From Lentisphaeria bacterium (GTDB lineage Bacteria > Verrucomicrobiota > Lentisphaeria > JABSQK01 > JAWLHB01), in the NCBI GenBank assembly GCA_041690595.1, contig JAWLHB010000006.1:1-64000 (forward strand): 64,000 bases of DNA. Direction: 5' to 3'. The stretch's first letter is position 1. The number at the start of each line of letters is the position of its first letter. This document shows positions 19,117 to 28,469 of this stretch, in pieces. The position numbers and the translations under genes were made by a program. The notes beneath the pieces are model-generated. The model was not told where the DNA came from. It searched no databases and saw nothing but the letters and a program-made list of their open reading frames with translations.

Positions 19117-19215
19117 GGACGCAACCCCGGTATGGGGTTGATGCGTGGGGCGGGGTTTATACCCAGGGTAGCCCGGAGGCAACCCTGGGCTATGGGACGC
19201 AGCCCCGCTTGGGGC
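19117..19215. repeat. REP-like triple-hairpin element
   Basis: GGACGCAACCCC-GGTAT-GGGGTTG; CCCAGGGT-AGCCCGGAGGCA-ACCCTGGG; GGACGCAGCCCC-GCTT-GGGGC. Confidence 0.65.
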
Positions 19216-19369
19216 AAGTGGGTTAAAAGGAGACGGCGGTTTCTATGGAATGAGCTCACGCGGGGGATGGCATTGGGTTTGGACTTATGAAGAATTATGT
19301 CCGGGCAAGGACCCGATGGGGACAGTTGAGGTCAAGGCCGGCCGTTGGGGCAACGGCCGGAACGGGACC

Positions 19370-19665
19370 GATGAGGAGGCGGGGCGAATGGGAGAGGATT
19401 GGTGCTCGGGGAGGGGCTACGTGCAACGCCGGGGCCACTCAGGAGAGTGGCGTGCCCAGGATGAGGAGGCGGGGCGAGTGGGCGGGGATGGGCGTTGGGG
19501 AGGGGCAACGTACAACGCCGGGGCCACTCAGGAGAGTGGCGTGCCCAGGATGAGGAGGCGGGGGCGAATGGGCGGAGATGGGCGTTGGCGGAGGGCAACG
19601 TCTAACGCCGGGGTCCGTCGGTGGACGGACGTGGCCGCCCTTCAGGCGAGTGGCGTGCCCAGGAG
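19370..19665 (+). repeat. Tandem array (3 units) of palindromic repeat GCCACTCAGG(A/C)GAGTGGCGTGCCCAGG
   Basis: Copies at ~19434, ~19523, ~19635, linked by repeated GATGAGGAGGCGGGGCGA(A/G)TGGG...CAACGCCGG. Confidence 0.85.
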
Positions 19666-19761
19666 GCGCGGGATGGAGGAGCTACCCATGGATAAGGTCT
19701 GGCCTGCTGCTCCGGTTGGGGCCGGAGCAGCAGGCGGGTCAGTCGGTCGAGATCGGGTGGA

Positions 19762-21144
19762 TCAGCACCATGCGGGGGCGGAGTCGTCGCGGGTGCAGAG
19801 GGCGTCGAGCACCTTGTTGATGGCGGCAGCGATCATGTCACAGTCGGCATCGGTGTACCACTGATTGACGCCGATGTTGATGACGCGTTCGTAGAGGTCG
19901 TCGGCCACGGGGCATTCGCCGCGCAGATAGGATTGGGGTTTGCCGCCGCGCTCCTGGTAATGGGGACACGAGAAGGCACATGCGGCTTCGGGGGCCTCGG
20001 CATTGTGCACCAGGGGCATCATCGAGTAGTAGATATGCCAGTCATCGCGGGGATTGGCGGCGCGGGTGGAAGCGCCGACACCTTCGGCAGCGAGTGCTTC
20101 GGCAAGCTTGATCGACAGCGCTTTGTCGCGGGGGAAGAAGCGCAGGGAGTAGCCGACATCGCCATCGGGATCGTTCCGCTGCTGGGGCTGGATCTCGCGG
20201 TAGGTGTGGAGCTGCTTGGCGATGCGTCGCTTGACGTGGCGGAAGCGGGCGACGGTCTGCTCCATCTTGCTCAACTGGACGCCATCGACGGCTGCTTCGA
20301 GTTCGGACATGCGGTAGTTGGTGCCGCAGTAGAGTTCGCCGGTGTAGCGTGGCGGCGCAAATCGCACGGGGCGCCAGAGGCCACCGGACTCGACGACCTG
20401 CTGGGCGCGTTCCCAGTTCCGCTCTTCCTTTGTAATGATCAGGCCGCCTTCACCGCCGCCGACGATCTTGTAGGCGGAAATGCTGAAGCAGCCAAAGTCG
20501 CCGAAGGTGCCGATCAACTGGCCGTTGACCCGACCGCCGCAGGTCTGGGCGCAGTCTTCGACAACCTTGAGATTGTGCTTGCGGGCTACGGCCATGATGG
20601 CCGGCATGTCGCAGACGCTGCCCATGACATGGGTAGGAGCGAGCGCGACGGTGCGCTTGGAGATGACGGCTTCGAGCTTGGTGGGGTCCATGTTGAGGGA
20701 ATGGTCCACATCGGCGAAGATGGGGACACCGCCGGCCATGACAACCGCGGAGGCGGTGGCGAAGAAGCCGATTGCCGGGCAGATCACTTCGGTACCCGGT
20801 CCGACGCCCGCGGCGACAAAGGCGGCGTGCAGAGCGCCGGTGCCGCTGCTGGTGGCGATGGCGTAGTCGACGCCAAAGGTCTCACGGGCGATGCGCTCGA
20901 AGCGTTGCACACAGGATTCCGTGAGGCCGCTGTAGTAGTTGGCGAGGAAGGGCCCGGAGCCGACAGGCTCCTGCTTGAGGATCTCGTGAATCTTGCCGAG
21001 GGCCTGTTCGGTGAGGCCAAAGCGGGTGGCAACGGCCATGAATTCATCAATTCCGATCTTGGGCTGGCCCTTGCCCTCGATAGTGGAGACAGCTTTCATT
21101 CCACCCTGCAGGGCCAGTCGTTCCTGTTCGCGTTCGGTAGGCAT
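19762..21144 (-). CDS. DegT/DnrJ/EryC1/StrS-family PLP aminotransferase
   Basis: SSGTGAL, VVEDCAQ, FSISAYKIVGGGEGG (PLP Lys), GTNYRMSE. Confidence 0.9.
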   Translation of the reverse strand: MPTEREQERLALQGGMKAVSTIEGKGQPKIGIDEFMAVATRFGLTEQALGKIHEILKQEPVGSGPFLANYYSGLTESCVQRFERIARETFGVDYAIATSSGTGALHAAFVAAGVGPGTEVICPAIGFFATASAVVMAGGVPIFADVDHSLNMDPTKLEAVISKRTVALAPTHVMGSVCDMPAIMAVARKHNLKVVEDCAQTCGGRVNGQLIGTFGDFGCFSISAYKIVGGGEGGLIITKEERNWERAQQVVESGGLWRPVRFAPPRYTGELYCGTNYRMSELEAAVDGVQLSKMEQTVARFRHVKRRIAKQLHTYREIQPQQRNDPDGDVGYSLRFFPRDKALSIKLAEALAAEGVGASTRAANPRDDWHIYYSMMPLVHNAEAPEAACAFSCPHYQERGGKPQSYLRGECPVADDLYERVINIGVNQWYTDADCDMIAAAINKVLDALCTRDDSAPAWC

Positions 21145-21365
21145 CTTGGAGCATCCTCATCATTGAAAATTGTTTGACACACGCGTCATAACCATGGACT
21201 CGATTTTCCAGTAATCAATCCAGAATCGAGCACTCAGAGAGGGACCTCCCCGGATTGACGAAGTTCGTGAGGCGCGGCGGCTCAAGAATGGGGTTGGCTG
21301 GAGAGGGCGGGATGGATTCGATTTTTTTGGCTGGTGTGCTTGCGTCACCCCGGCAGGCGGTCAAT

Positions 21366-21382
21366 ATTATGTAATACAGAAT
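21366..21382. promoter_or_regulatory. Candidate IclR operator (imperfect palindrome)
   Basis: ATTATGTA-A-TACAGAAT (one mismatch) in the AT-rich divergent region between the aminotransferase and IclR genes. Confidence 0.5.
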
Positions 21383-21413
21383 CTACCTTCAATATTGTTG
21401 AAGTTTCAAACCA

Positions 21414-22154
21414 ATGACCAATGACGGTAACATCCAGTCAGTCGAGCGAGCGGTGGAGCTTGTGGAACTGTTGGTGGGGCACGAGGGTGGGCTTCGCCTG
21501 AAAGAGTTGGCGGAGTATCTGGGGGTTCAGCCGCCAACGGCGCGGAATCTGTTGCGTACGCTGGAGAAGAAGCGTCTGGTGGCGCGATCGGGAATGCTCT
21601 ACGTGGCGGGGCCGGTGCTGACGGAATGGGCGGTGGTGCTGGAGTCTCGGGAGTGGATACAGCGCTGCGGTGAAGGGATGAGCGCGATCGTGGAGCGCTT
21701 TCCGTCGGCCGTGTCGACGCTGGCGCAGGCGGTGGGGGGATCGGTGCGGGTGCGACTTCGGATGAGCCCGGATCGGCGTGGAATCCTGCAACGGCCGGCG
21801 GATGTGACCTTCGGGATGTACAGCTCGATCTCGGCGCTGGTCGTGCAGGCGTACAGCGGCCCGGAACAGGTGGCGGAGCTGCGCCGACACACCTCGTTTC
21901 TGGAATATGGCAGTCACCTGTGGAAGAGCGAGTCGAAGCTCGAGTCCTTTCTGGCGGAGACACGCAAACTGGGCTATGGGGTGATGCCATTCGATACGGA
22001 GCGGTGGCTGCGGGTGGCGGTGCCGGTGTGGCAGGCGGGGCATCATCTCGCCGGGGTAGTGGGAATCAGTATGCCGGTGACGGGCGAGACGCCAGTCCCG
22101 GCCGAGGTGGCAAATCATGTGACGATGTGCGTAAACCAAGCGAAAGGGGAGTGA
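21414..22154 (+). CDS. IclR-family transcriptional regulator
   Basis: IQSVERAVELVE...LKELAEYLGVQPPTARNLLRTL HTH; C-terminal RKLGYG...VAVPV...VGIS effector domain. Confidence 0.88.
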   Translation: MTNDGNIQSVERAVELVELLVGHEGGLRLKELAEYLGVQPPTARNLLRTLEKKRLVARSGMLYVAGPVLTEWAVVLESREWIQRCGEGMSAIVERFPSAVSTLAQAVGGSVRVRLRMSPDRRGILQRPADVTFGMYSSISALVVQAYSGPEQVAELRRHTSFLEYGSHLWKSESKLESFLAETRKLGYGVMPFDTERWLRVAVPVWQAGHHLAGVVGISMPVTGETPVPAEVANHVTMCVNQAKGE

Positions 22155-22159
22155 GAAGC

Positions 22160-23173
22160 ATGTTGACGTCAGAATCCGTGAAGAAGATGGCGCGTGCGCT
22201 GGGAGCGGACGCAGTGGGAATCGGGAATATCGAGCGGTGGGAGGGATCGCCCCTGCAGATGGATCCGCGGCAGATCATGCCGGAAGCGCGTTCGGTGATC
22301 GGCATGGCCTTCCGGGTGATGCGCGGGTCGATGCGTGGTATCGAGGAAGGGACCTTTTTCAGTAACTATTCGGCGATGGGATATGGCGGCCTGACCTATC
22401 TGTATATCCCCATGACGGTGATGAATCTGTGCAAGTACATCGAGGATGACGGCTATGAAGCGCTGCCGATGGGGCATCAGAGCGACTGGCGGGCGATCGA
22501 CAACGAGGGCAATACGCGCGCGGAGTTCAGTCGTCCCGCGCGGCCGGGCCAGGCGGTCCCCGACATCATGGTGCACATGCGCATCGCGGCGTATCTCTGC
22601 GGGTTGGGAGAGATCGGCTACTCGAAGATGTTTCTGACACCGGAATTCGGGCCACGCCAACGGATCGGCATCGTGATCACCGAGGCGGAGCTGGAGCCGG
22701 ATCCGCTCATGGAGCCTGGCACCCTCTGCAACCAGTGCATGGCGTGCGTGCGGGAGTGCCCCGGCAACGCGATCAGCACGGAGGAGACGGTGAAGGTGAC
22801 GCTGGCCGGCAAGGAAGTGGAATGGGGCAAGCTGGACTGCAAGGCCTGCGATATCGCCTTCCGCGGCGGTCAGGCAACAGATGAGGAGGTGCCCCCGGAG
22901 GAGGTGTACATGGATCCGATGTACGGGCACAATGTGGCGCGCAGCACGTGGTCGCCCTTCTACCGGAAGCCGCGCAACCTTTACAACACGGGGCAAGCTG
23001 TCTGTGGGGCCCGGGGGTGTACCCGCGCCTGCATGATCAGCCTGGAGAAGCGAGGCGTGCTCACGAACAAGTTCCACACGAAGTTCCGCCGCCGGGCGCC
23101 GTGGAGTGTCGACTGGTCGACCTCTCCGGATGCGGTGGAGGCGACTCACCCTGAAACGCGCGAGGCAGATTGA
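22160..23173 (+). CDS. QueG/reductive-dehalogenase-like 4Fe-4S (putatively cobalamin-binding) oxidoreductase
   Basis: ARALGADAVGI, AAYLCGLGEIG..FLTPEFGPRQR, CNQCMACVRECP, CKAC, CGARGCTRAC. No Tat signal. Start ATG 22160. Confidence 0.8.
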   Translation: MLTSESVKKMARALGADAVGIGNIERWEGSPLQMDPRQIMPEARSVIGMAFRVMRGSMRGIEEGTFFSNYSAMGYGGLTYLYIPMTVMNLCKYIEDDGYEALPMGHQSDWRAIDNEGNTRAEFSRPARPGQAVPDIMVHMRIAAYLCGLGEIGYSKMFLTPEFGPRQRIGIVITEAELEPDPLMEPGTLCNQCMACVRECPGNAISTEETVKVTLAGKEVEWGKLDCKACDIAFRGGQATDEEVPPEEVYMDPMYGHNVARSTWSPFYRKPRNLYNTGQAVCGARGCTRACMISLEKRGVLTNKFHTKFRRRAPWSVDWSTSPDAVEATHPETREAD

Positions 23174-23174
23174 G

Positions 23175-23942
23175 ATGTTGACACCCCAACAGGCAGAGCA
23201 GTTCTTCAGTGACGGTTTTCTTCTTCTTGAAGCGGTCTTCAACGAGGAGGAGGTGGCGCTGATGCTGGCGGCATTCGACCGCGCCCATGCTCTGGCCGAA
23301 TCTCTCATTCCCAGCGTTGAACCGGGCCACAAGAGCCTGGAGCATCATGGCGCCCACATCACGTACGACAGCGATGGTGAGGGCAGATTGAGCGCGATTC
23401 GGCATATCAGCATGGTCGGCAATATTGAGCCCGACCTGCTCCGCCTGGGGGGTGATCCACGATTGCGGCGCATTGCGGCACCGCTGCTCGGCTGCGAACG
23501 GATGAAGCAGCTGATCAACCAGGCGCACTTCAAGCGGCCGGGCAGTGGCGTGGCTTTTGGATGGCACCAGGACAGCCGCCACCGGGGCATCGGCAGCGGG
23601 CGGTTCGAGGATGTCAACGGACGGGGCAGCTATGTGCAGATGGCGATAGCGCTCGACGACGTCACGGCGGAAAGTGGGCCGCTTTCGTTCGTGCGCGGCA
23701 GTCAGCGGCTCGGTCACATCGACGATGGCTCCATCGGCGCGGAGTTTGTCGATGCGGCCGAGATCGTCACGCCGCTGCCGAAGCGGGGGGATGTGGCGCT
23801 ATTCGGCCCCTACACGATCCACGGCAGCCAGGCAAACCGTTCGGATCATTGGCGGCGCGTCTTCATCAACGGGTTCGCGCATCCCGCTGCCCCGCGGGGC
23901 AGCTTTGCCTTGCCCAATTGCGCGCGGGAGCTTACGGCATGA
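23175..23942 (+). CDS. PhyH-family Fe(II)/2-oxoglutarate dioxygenase
   Basis: FFSDGFLLL, WHQD (HxD), IALDD..ESGPL.FVRGS, HGS..N...RR. Confidence 0.9.
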   Translation: MLTPQQAEQFFSDGFLLLEAVFNEEEVALMLAAFDRAHALAESLIPSVEPGHKSLEHHGAHITYDSDGEGRLSAIRHISMVGNIEPDLLRLGGDPRLRRIAAPLLGCERMKQLINQAHFKRPGSGVAFGWHQDSRHRGIGSGRFEDVNGRGSYVQMAIALDDVTAESGPLSFVRGSQRLGHIDDGSIGAEFVDAAEIVTPLPKRGDVALFGPYTIHGSQANRSDHWRRVFINGFAHPAAPRGSFALPNCARELTA

Positions 23943-24973
23943 AATTCTCGATCGGTTATCAGTTGGCGGAGAGTATGGGCGAATCGATCGTGGAGTTAGT
24001 TCAGGACTATCGCCATGACGTGGCGGAGGTCTATTTCCCGTGGGTGGGTGGGGCGTCGGGGCGAGCCGCGCTCGGGCGGCAGCGCGGCTACATCGACTGG
24101 GGAGCGCAGCGATATCTGGAGGAAGATCTCATCGGGCTTCGCGAGCAAGGGGTGCATCTCAACCTGCTGTTCAATGCCAACTGCTATGGGGCGCGGGCGG
24201 TGAGTCAGCAGCTGGAGCACGAAGTCATGTCGATCATCGAGCATCTGGGCGATCTGATCGATGGGCCGGACAGCGTGACGACGACATCGATGACGATCGC
24301 GCATATCCTCAAGACGCACGTGCCGACATTGCAGGTGCGGGCATCGATCAACATGCGGTTGGGAACGGTCCAGGCGCTGCGGTATGCCGCCGATCTCTTC
24401 GATTTCTTCTACTTGCAGCGCGACTTCAACCGCGATCTGGGCCACCTGGCGGAGCTGAAGGCTTGGGCCGAGGCGCACGGCAAGGGGATCGGCCTGCTGG
24501 CCAACAGCGGCTGCCTGCGCTTCTGTCCGGGGCAGACCTTTCACGACAACCTGGTCGCGCATGATGCGGAGATCGACGAACAGCGCAACCTGCCGGATTG
24601 GACGCCGCATGTCTGCTGGCGCCATTACCGGGATGAAGGTAACTGGCCGGCGCTGCTGCAATCGACATGGATCCGCCCGGAAGATGTCCACCACTATGCG
24701 CACCTGACACCCGTGATAAAGCTGGCGACGCGCATGCACAGCCATCCGCGGCTGGTGCTGCATGCGTACGCCGCCGGTCGTCATCATGGCAACCTGCTCG
24801 ACCTGCTGGAGCCCGCCTTTTCGAGGATCGTGGCACCGGCGTGGATCGACAACGATGCCTTTCCGGAGGATTGGTTTTCCCGCACCAGCTCCTGCGGCGC
24901 CGGCTGCGACCGCTGCACTTATTGCGCCGAGACGCTCGCCCACGTGCTGCGTACGCCCGCGAGTGATGGGTGA
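23939..24973 (+). CDS. U32 'peptidase'-family Fe-S protein
   Basis: NLLFNANC, RDFNRD, LLANSGCLRFCP..FH, VC, WIRPED, IKLATR, C-terminal CGAGCDRCTYC. ATGA overlap with the upstream gene. Confidence 0.75.
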   Translation: MKFSIGYQLAESMGESIVELVQDYRHDVAEVYFPWVGGASGRAALGRQRGYIDWGAQRYLEEDLIGLREQGVHLNLLFNANCYGARAVSQQLEHEVMSIIEHLGDLIDGPDSVTTTSMTIAHILKTHVPTLQVRASINMRLGTVQALRYAADLFDFFYLQRDFNRDLGHLAELKAWAEAHGKGIGLLANSGCLRFCPGQTFHDNLVAHDAEIDEQRNLPDWTPHVCWRHYRDEGNWPALLQSTWIRPEDVHHYAHLTPVIKLATRMHSHPRLVLHAYAAGRHHGNLLDLLEPAFSRIVAPAWIDNDAFPEDWFSRTSSCGAGCDRCTYCAETLAHVLRTPASDG

Positions 24974-25112
24974 GGCGAGGCCGCGGGGGTGTGGGGACGC
25001 GGGGTACGCGGGGAGGCGGGGGATCGGACGGATCAGGCGGATCGGACGGATCGGGGCAGGCAGCATGTGGGGTGTCGGCGCTGCCGTAGGGTGACTGATT
25101 TGCCGCGACGAC

Positions 25113-25140
25113 TTGACTTTTGAGTTATGTATGGTATATT
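25113..25140 (+). promoter_or_regulatory. Sigma70-like promoter upstream of the repeat array
   Basis: TTGACT-16 bp-TATATT with TG before the -10, in an AT-rich patch. Confidence 0.45.
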
Positions 25141-25240
25141 GGTTATAGCGTTAGCGTGTTGCTAACGGTGGATATTCTTGGGCATTACTTCTGCGGGGGG
25201 GTAACATGAAGGACGAAACGGACGCGAATGGGTGGGTGCC

Positions 25241-26026
25241 GGACCGAGGATTGGACCGAGGTACTGGGGCGCGCGCGGGGCGTGGAAGAGGTGCCGTTCA
25301 GGCGAGTGGCGTGCCCAGGGAAGGGGGCGAGCAGCCGACCGAGGATTGGACCGAGGTTTTCTGGCACGCGCGGGGCGTGGAAGAGGTGCCACTCAGGCGA
25401 GTGGCTTGCCCGGGATGGGTGCGGAGGCAACGTCCAACGCCGGAGCCACTCAGGCGAGTGGCGTGCCCAGGAAGGCGTGTGGCGTGCCTGCGTGTTGGGT
25501 GCGGAGGCAACGTCCAACGCCGGAGCCGCTCAGGCGAGTGGCGTGCCCAGAGAAGGCGAGCAGCCGACCGAGGATTGGACCGAGGTTTTCTGGCACGCGC
25601 GGGGCGTGGAAGAGGAGCCGCTCAGGCGAGTGGCGTGCCCAGAGAAGGCGAGCAGCCGACCGAGGATTGGACCGAGGTTTGGACCGAGGTTTTGGGGTGC
25701 GGGCGAGGCGTGGAAGAGGTGCCACTCAGGCGAGTGGCGTGCCCGGGATGGGGCGAATGGGAAAGGAAGGGCGTTCGGGGAGTGGCAACGTGCAACGCCG
25801 GTGCCACTCAGGCGAGTGGCTTGCCCGGGATGGGGCGAATGGGAAAGGAAGGGCGTTCGGGGAGTGGCAACGTGCAACGCCGGAGCCCGTCGGTGGACGG
25901 ACGTAGCCGCCCTTCAGGCGAGTGGCGTGCCCAGGAAGAGGTCTTGGGACCGAGGATTGGACCGAGGTTTTGGGATGGGGGGCGGGGCGTGGAAGGGGTG
26001 CCACTCAGGCGAGTGGTGTTCCCAGG
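25241..26026 (+). repeat. Head-to-tail array of 9 palindromic repeats GCCACTCAGGCGAGTGGCGTGCCCAG with recurring linkers (REP/BIME-like)
   Basis: Copies at ~25293, 25388, 25445, 25525, 25617, 25721, 25803, 25906, 26000. Linkers reuse GACCGAGGATTGGACCGAGGT and GGCAACGT(C/G)CAACGCCGG. Confidence 0.9.
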
Positions 26027-26117
26027 TTTCCTTGAATCGATGGGCTGGTTGATTATACTAGGGCGTGAAGTATACGCCTGTTGGAACAACGGTAGAGACT
26101 TTAAATAGAAGTGAATC

Positions 26118-28382
26118 ATGGCTGTAAATAATTGTCGTGCGGAAGCGTTTGCAGAGTGGGTGTCTGGTGAGCATCTTCGTTATCGTTGCCAGGCTGAGGA
26201 GAAGGCTGGCGTGGATGGTGGAGTTTTTGGGCTGGAGGATGGGTGCGGGTTGTCGGTAAAGGCTGCCGAGAGCCCGCTGATGGCGCAGACGGAGGCGGAT
26301 TTTCGTAGCTTCTGCGGGACTTGCATGGGGGTGGAACTGGGGTCTGGAGACGACGAGGGGGCGATTCGGTGGGAGGTGACGGGTGATCTTCGCTTCGACC
26401 CGCTCGATCCGGCGTGCGAGAGCTTTGTCATCACGGTGGCTGGAAGTGGAATCGTGGTGCAGGCCCGACACGAGCGGGGGCTGGCACATGGGGTGCATTA
26501 CCTGGAACGGATGATGGCGGATTGCGGCGAGGCGGCGGTGCCGCATGGGGTGATCGAGAGGTCGCCGCGTTTCGCCCCACGGATATCGAGCGTGTGGGGG
26601 GGAGACGAGCGGCAGTTCGAGGGGAAGCTGGCTCTGGCGGCCCACTTCGGGACAAGCGCGCTGCACACGGTGGTGCACTTGTTCGAGTGCGGGCGCAATG
26701 GGATCATTCCTGAGCTGAATGGTCCAGCGATCGAGGAGACACAGGCGGCGTTGCGGGCCAAGGTCGAGCTGTTGGCGCGGTACGGGCTGGATCTTTACCT
26801 GGATGTGAATACGGCGATTTTCCCGACGGATCACCCGGCGTTTGCGGCAGATCCGTCGCGCGCGGGAGCGCCGTACCGGGTCTTTGACGACATGAAGCCT
26901 CAGTGCGTGTTGTGCAGCAGCAATGAAGCGGTGCTGTCGGCGCATGAGGCTGCCATCGAGGATCTCTACCGGTCGGTGCCGGGATTGGGGGGAGCGATTT
27001 TTCTTATCGGTGGCGAAGGGTTGATGCATTGCTACACCCGGCCCTATGGACCACGGACGGGGTATACGTCCTGCCCGCATTGCGCGGGAACGGCGCCTGC
27101 CGGAGCCGTGGCGGGACTGGTCAATCGCATGGCCGCGGCCGTCAAGCGCACGGGTGAGGAGAAAGCGATCTTTACCTGGCCGTACAGTGCATTTACGTGG
27201 TCGGGTGAGGATCGGGCGCAGTTGGCCTTCATCGAGCAGCTCAGCCCGGAGGTGCAGTTGCTGAGTAATTTCGATACGAACAGCGCTGACGAGCGGAACG
27301 GCGCCGGGGTGGTGCTGTACGATTACAACATCAAGAGTGTGGGGCCGTCGGGGGTTTTTCGTGAACAGGCCCGGCGATCGCGGGAACTGGGCCGGGAAAT
27401 CTACGCGAAGACGGAGAGCAACACGACGCCTTCGGCTTACTTCACGTCCTACATTCCGGTTCACTTCCGGTGGGCGGAGCGTTTTCAGGCGATGGCCGCC
27501 GCGGGGGCCAAGGGGTACATGAATCAGTGGTTCTTCTATGGCCTGACGGGTGGGCCGCCGGAGGAGATGCAGTATCACGCGGTATGGAATCCCGAGCGGA
27601 AGGCGGGGGAGCTGCTGGCGACGCTGGCTCGCCGCGACTTCGGAGTGTCGCGGGCTGAGGCGGAACAGGCTGTCGCGGGGTGGAGATTGCTGAGCGACGC
27701 GTGGGATGATTTTCCGTATTCGGCGATGACGGCGGGGGAGCGCGAGTTCTATTCGCGCGGTCCCTTTTTCTTCGGGCCGGCGCATCCCATGATCTTCAAC
27801 ACGCAGTCGCGCTATGGCCTTTCGGAAGCGTTTTTCGGTCTGTCGGGGGATCTGGTTGCGCTGGCCACGCCGGCCGAACTGGTTGAGCTGCTGAAGAACG
27901 CGAAGCCCCGTTATGTGAGCGAGCTTCTGCTGACGCTGCCGTACGGCGTGGAGCGGTATCTGGCGTTGCTGGGATCGTGCCGACGGCAGTGGGGCGAGGG
28001 GCTGCGCCTGCTCGAGGGTGCCATTGGCGGGAGGGCGAACGAGAGGGCACGCATGGAGCTGGACATCTGTACCCTGTTCGACATCCACCTGAAAACGCTG
28101 GAGAATGTGGTCCGCTTCTACGCGGTGCGCGACAAGCTCTGGCGGGGGCCAGTGGCGCTGGAGGACTTTGCGGCCGTGATGGACGAGCTGGCGGAGCTGC
28201 TGAGTAAGGAGATCGCGAATGCGGAGCGGAGCCTCCCGATCGTCGAACGTGACTTTCGCATCCGGCCGTACGACGCGGAGATGGTTCGCGAGAAGGTGCG
28301 GCAATGCCGGTACGTTCTGGAAGAGGAGCTGCCGATGTTCGATATCAATGTGCGCTTCCACGTGTGGAACAGTGCAAAGTAA
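26118..28382 (+). CDS. Uncharacterised glycoside-hydrolase-like protein
   Basis: N-terminal GH20/GH67 domain-2-like motif (ESFVITV...VVQARHERGLAHGVHYL), followed by a barrel-sized region with GGEG and CPHC. Confidence 0.55.
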   Translation: MAVNNCRAEAFAEWVSGEHLRYRCQAEEKAGVDGGVFGLEDGCGLSVKAAESPLMAQTEADFRSFCGTCMGVELGSGDDEGAIRWEVTGDLRFDPLDPACESFVITVAGSGIVVQARHERGLAHGVHYLERMMADCGEAAVPHGVIERSPRFAPRISSVWGGDERQFEGKLALAAHFGTSALHTVVHLFECGRNGIIPELNGPAIEETQAALRAKVELLARYGLDLYLDVNTAIFPTDHPAFAADPSRAGAPYRVFDDMKPQCVLCSSNEAVLSAHEAAIEDLYRSVPGLGGAIFLIGGEGLMHCYTRPYGPRTGYTSCPHCAGTAPAGAVAGLVNRMAAAVKRTGEEKAIFTWPYSAFTWSGEDRAQLAFIEQLSPEVQLLSNFDTNSADERNGAGVVLYDYNIKSVGPSGVFREQARRSRELGREIYAKTESNTTPSAYFTSYIPVHFRWAERFQAMAAAGAKGYMNQWFFYGLTGGPPEEMQYHAVWNPERKAGELLATLARRDFGVSRAEAEQAVAGWRLLSDAWDDFPYSAMTAGEREFYSRGPFFFGPAHPMIFNTQSRYGLSEAFFGLSGDLVALATPAELVELLKNAKPRYVSELLLTLPYGVERYLALLGSCRRQWGEGLRLLEGAIGGRANERARMELDICTLFDIHLKTLENVVRFYAVRDKLWRGPVALEDFAAVMDELAELLSKEIANAERSLPIVERDFRIRPYDAEMVREKVRQCRYVLEEELPMFDINVRFHVWNSAK

Positions 28383-28469
28383 GAAGAATGAAAGAACGGT
28401 TGAAACCCATGAATATCCGGCATGATGCCGGCGTCCAAAGAGCGACGCAACCCTCGAAAGGAACCGCTG

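Noticed and set aside
21355..21380. dif site (TTATGTAAT resembles the XerD arm)
   Set aside because: No XerC arm at the right spacing; better explained as a palindromic operator.
22160..23173. Respiratory reductive dehalogenase RdhA, or housekeeping queG
   Set aside because: No Tat signal or rdhB anchor gene, and the context is not tRNA-related; only a family-level call is supportable.
25241..26026. CRISPR array
   Set aside because: Linkers are repeats of each other and vary from ~30 to ~80 nt, the repeats are degenerate, and no cas genes are in the window.
25162..26119. ORFs of 220-300 aa on several frames over the repeat array (likewise 19250-19864 and 17736-18386)
   Set aside because: They arise from stop-poor GC-rich repeats, are open in multiple frames at once and have no protein-like composition.
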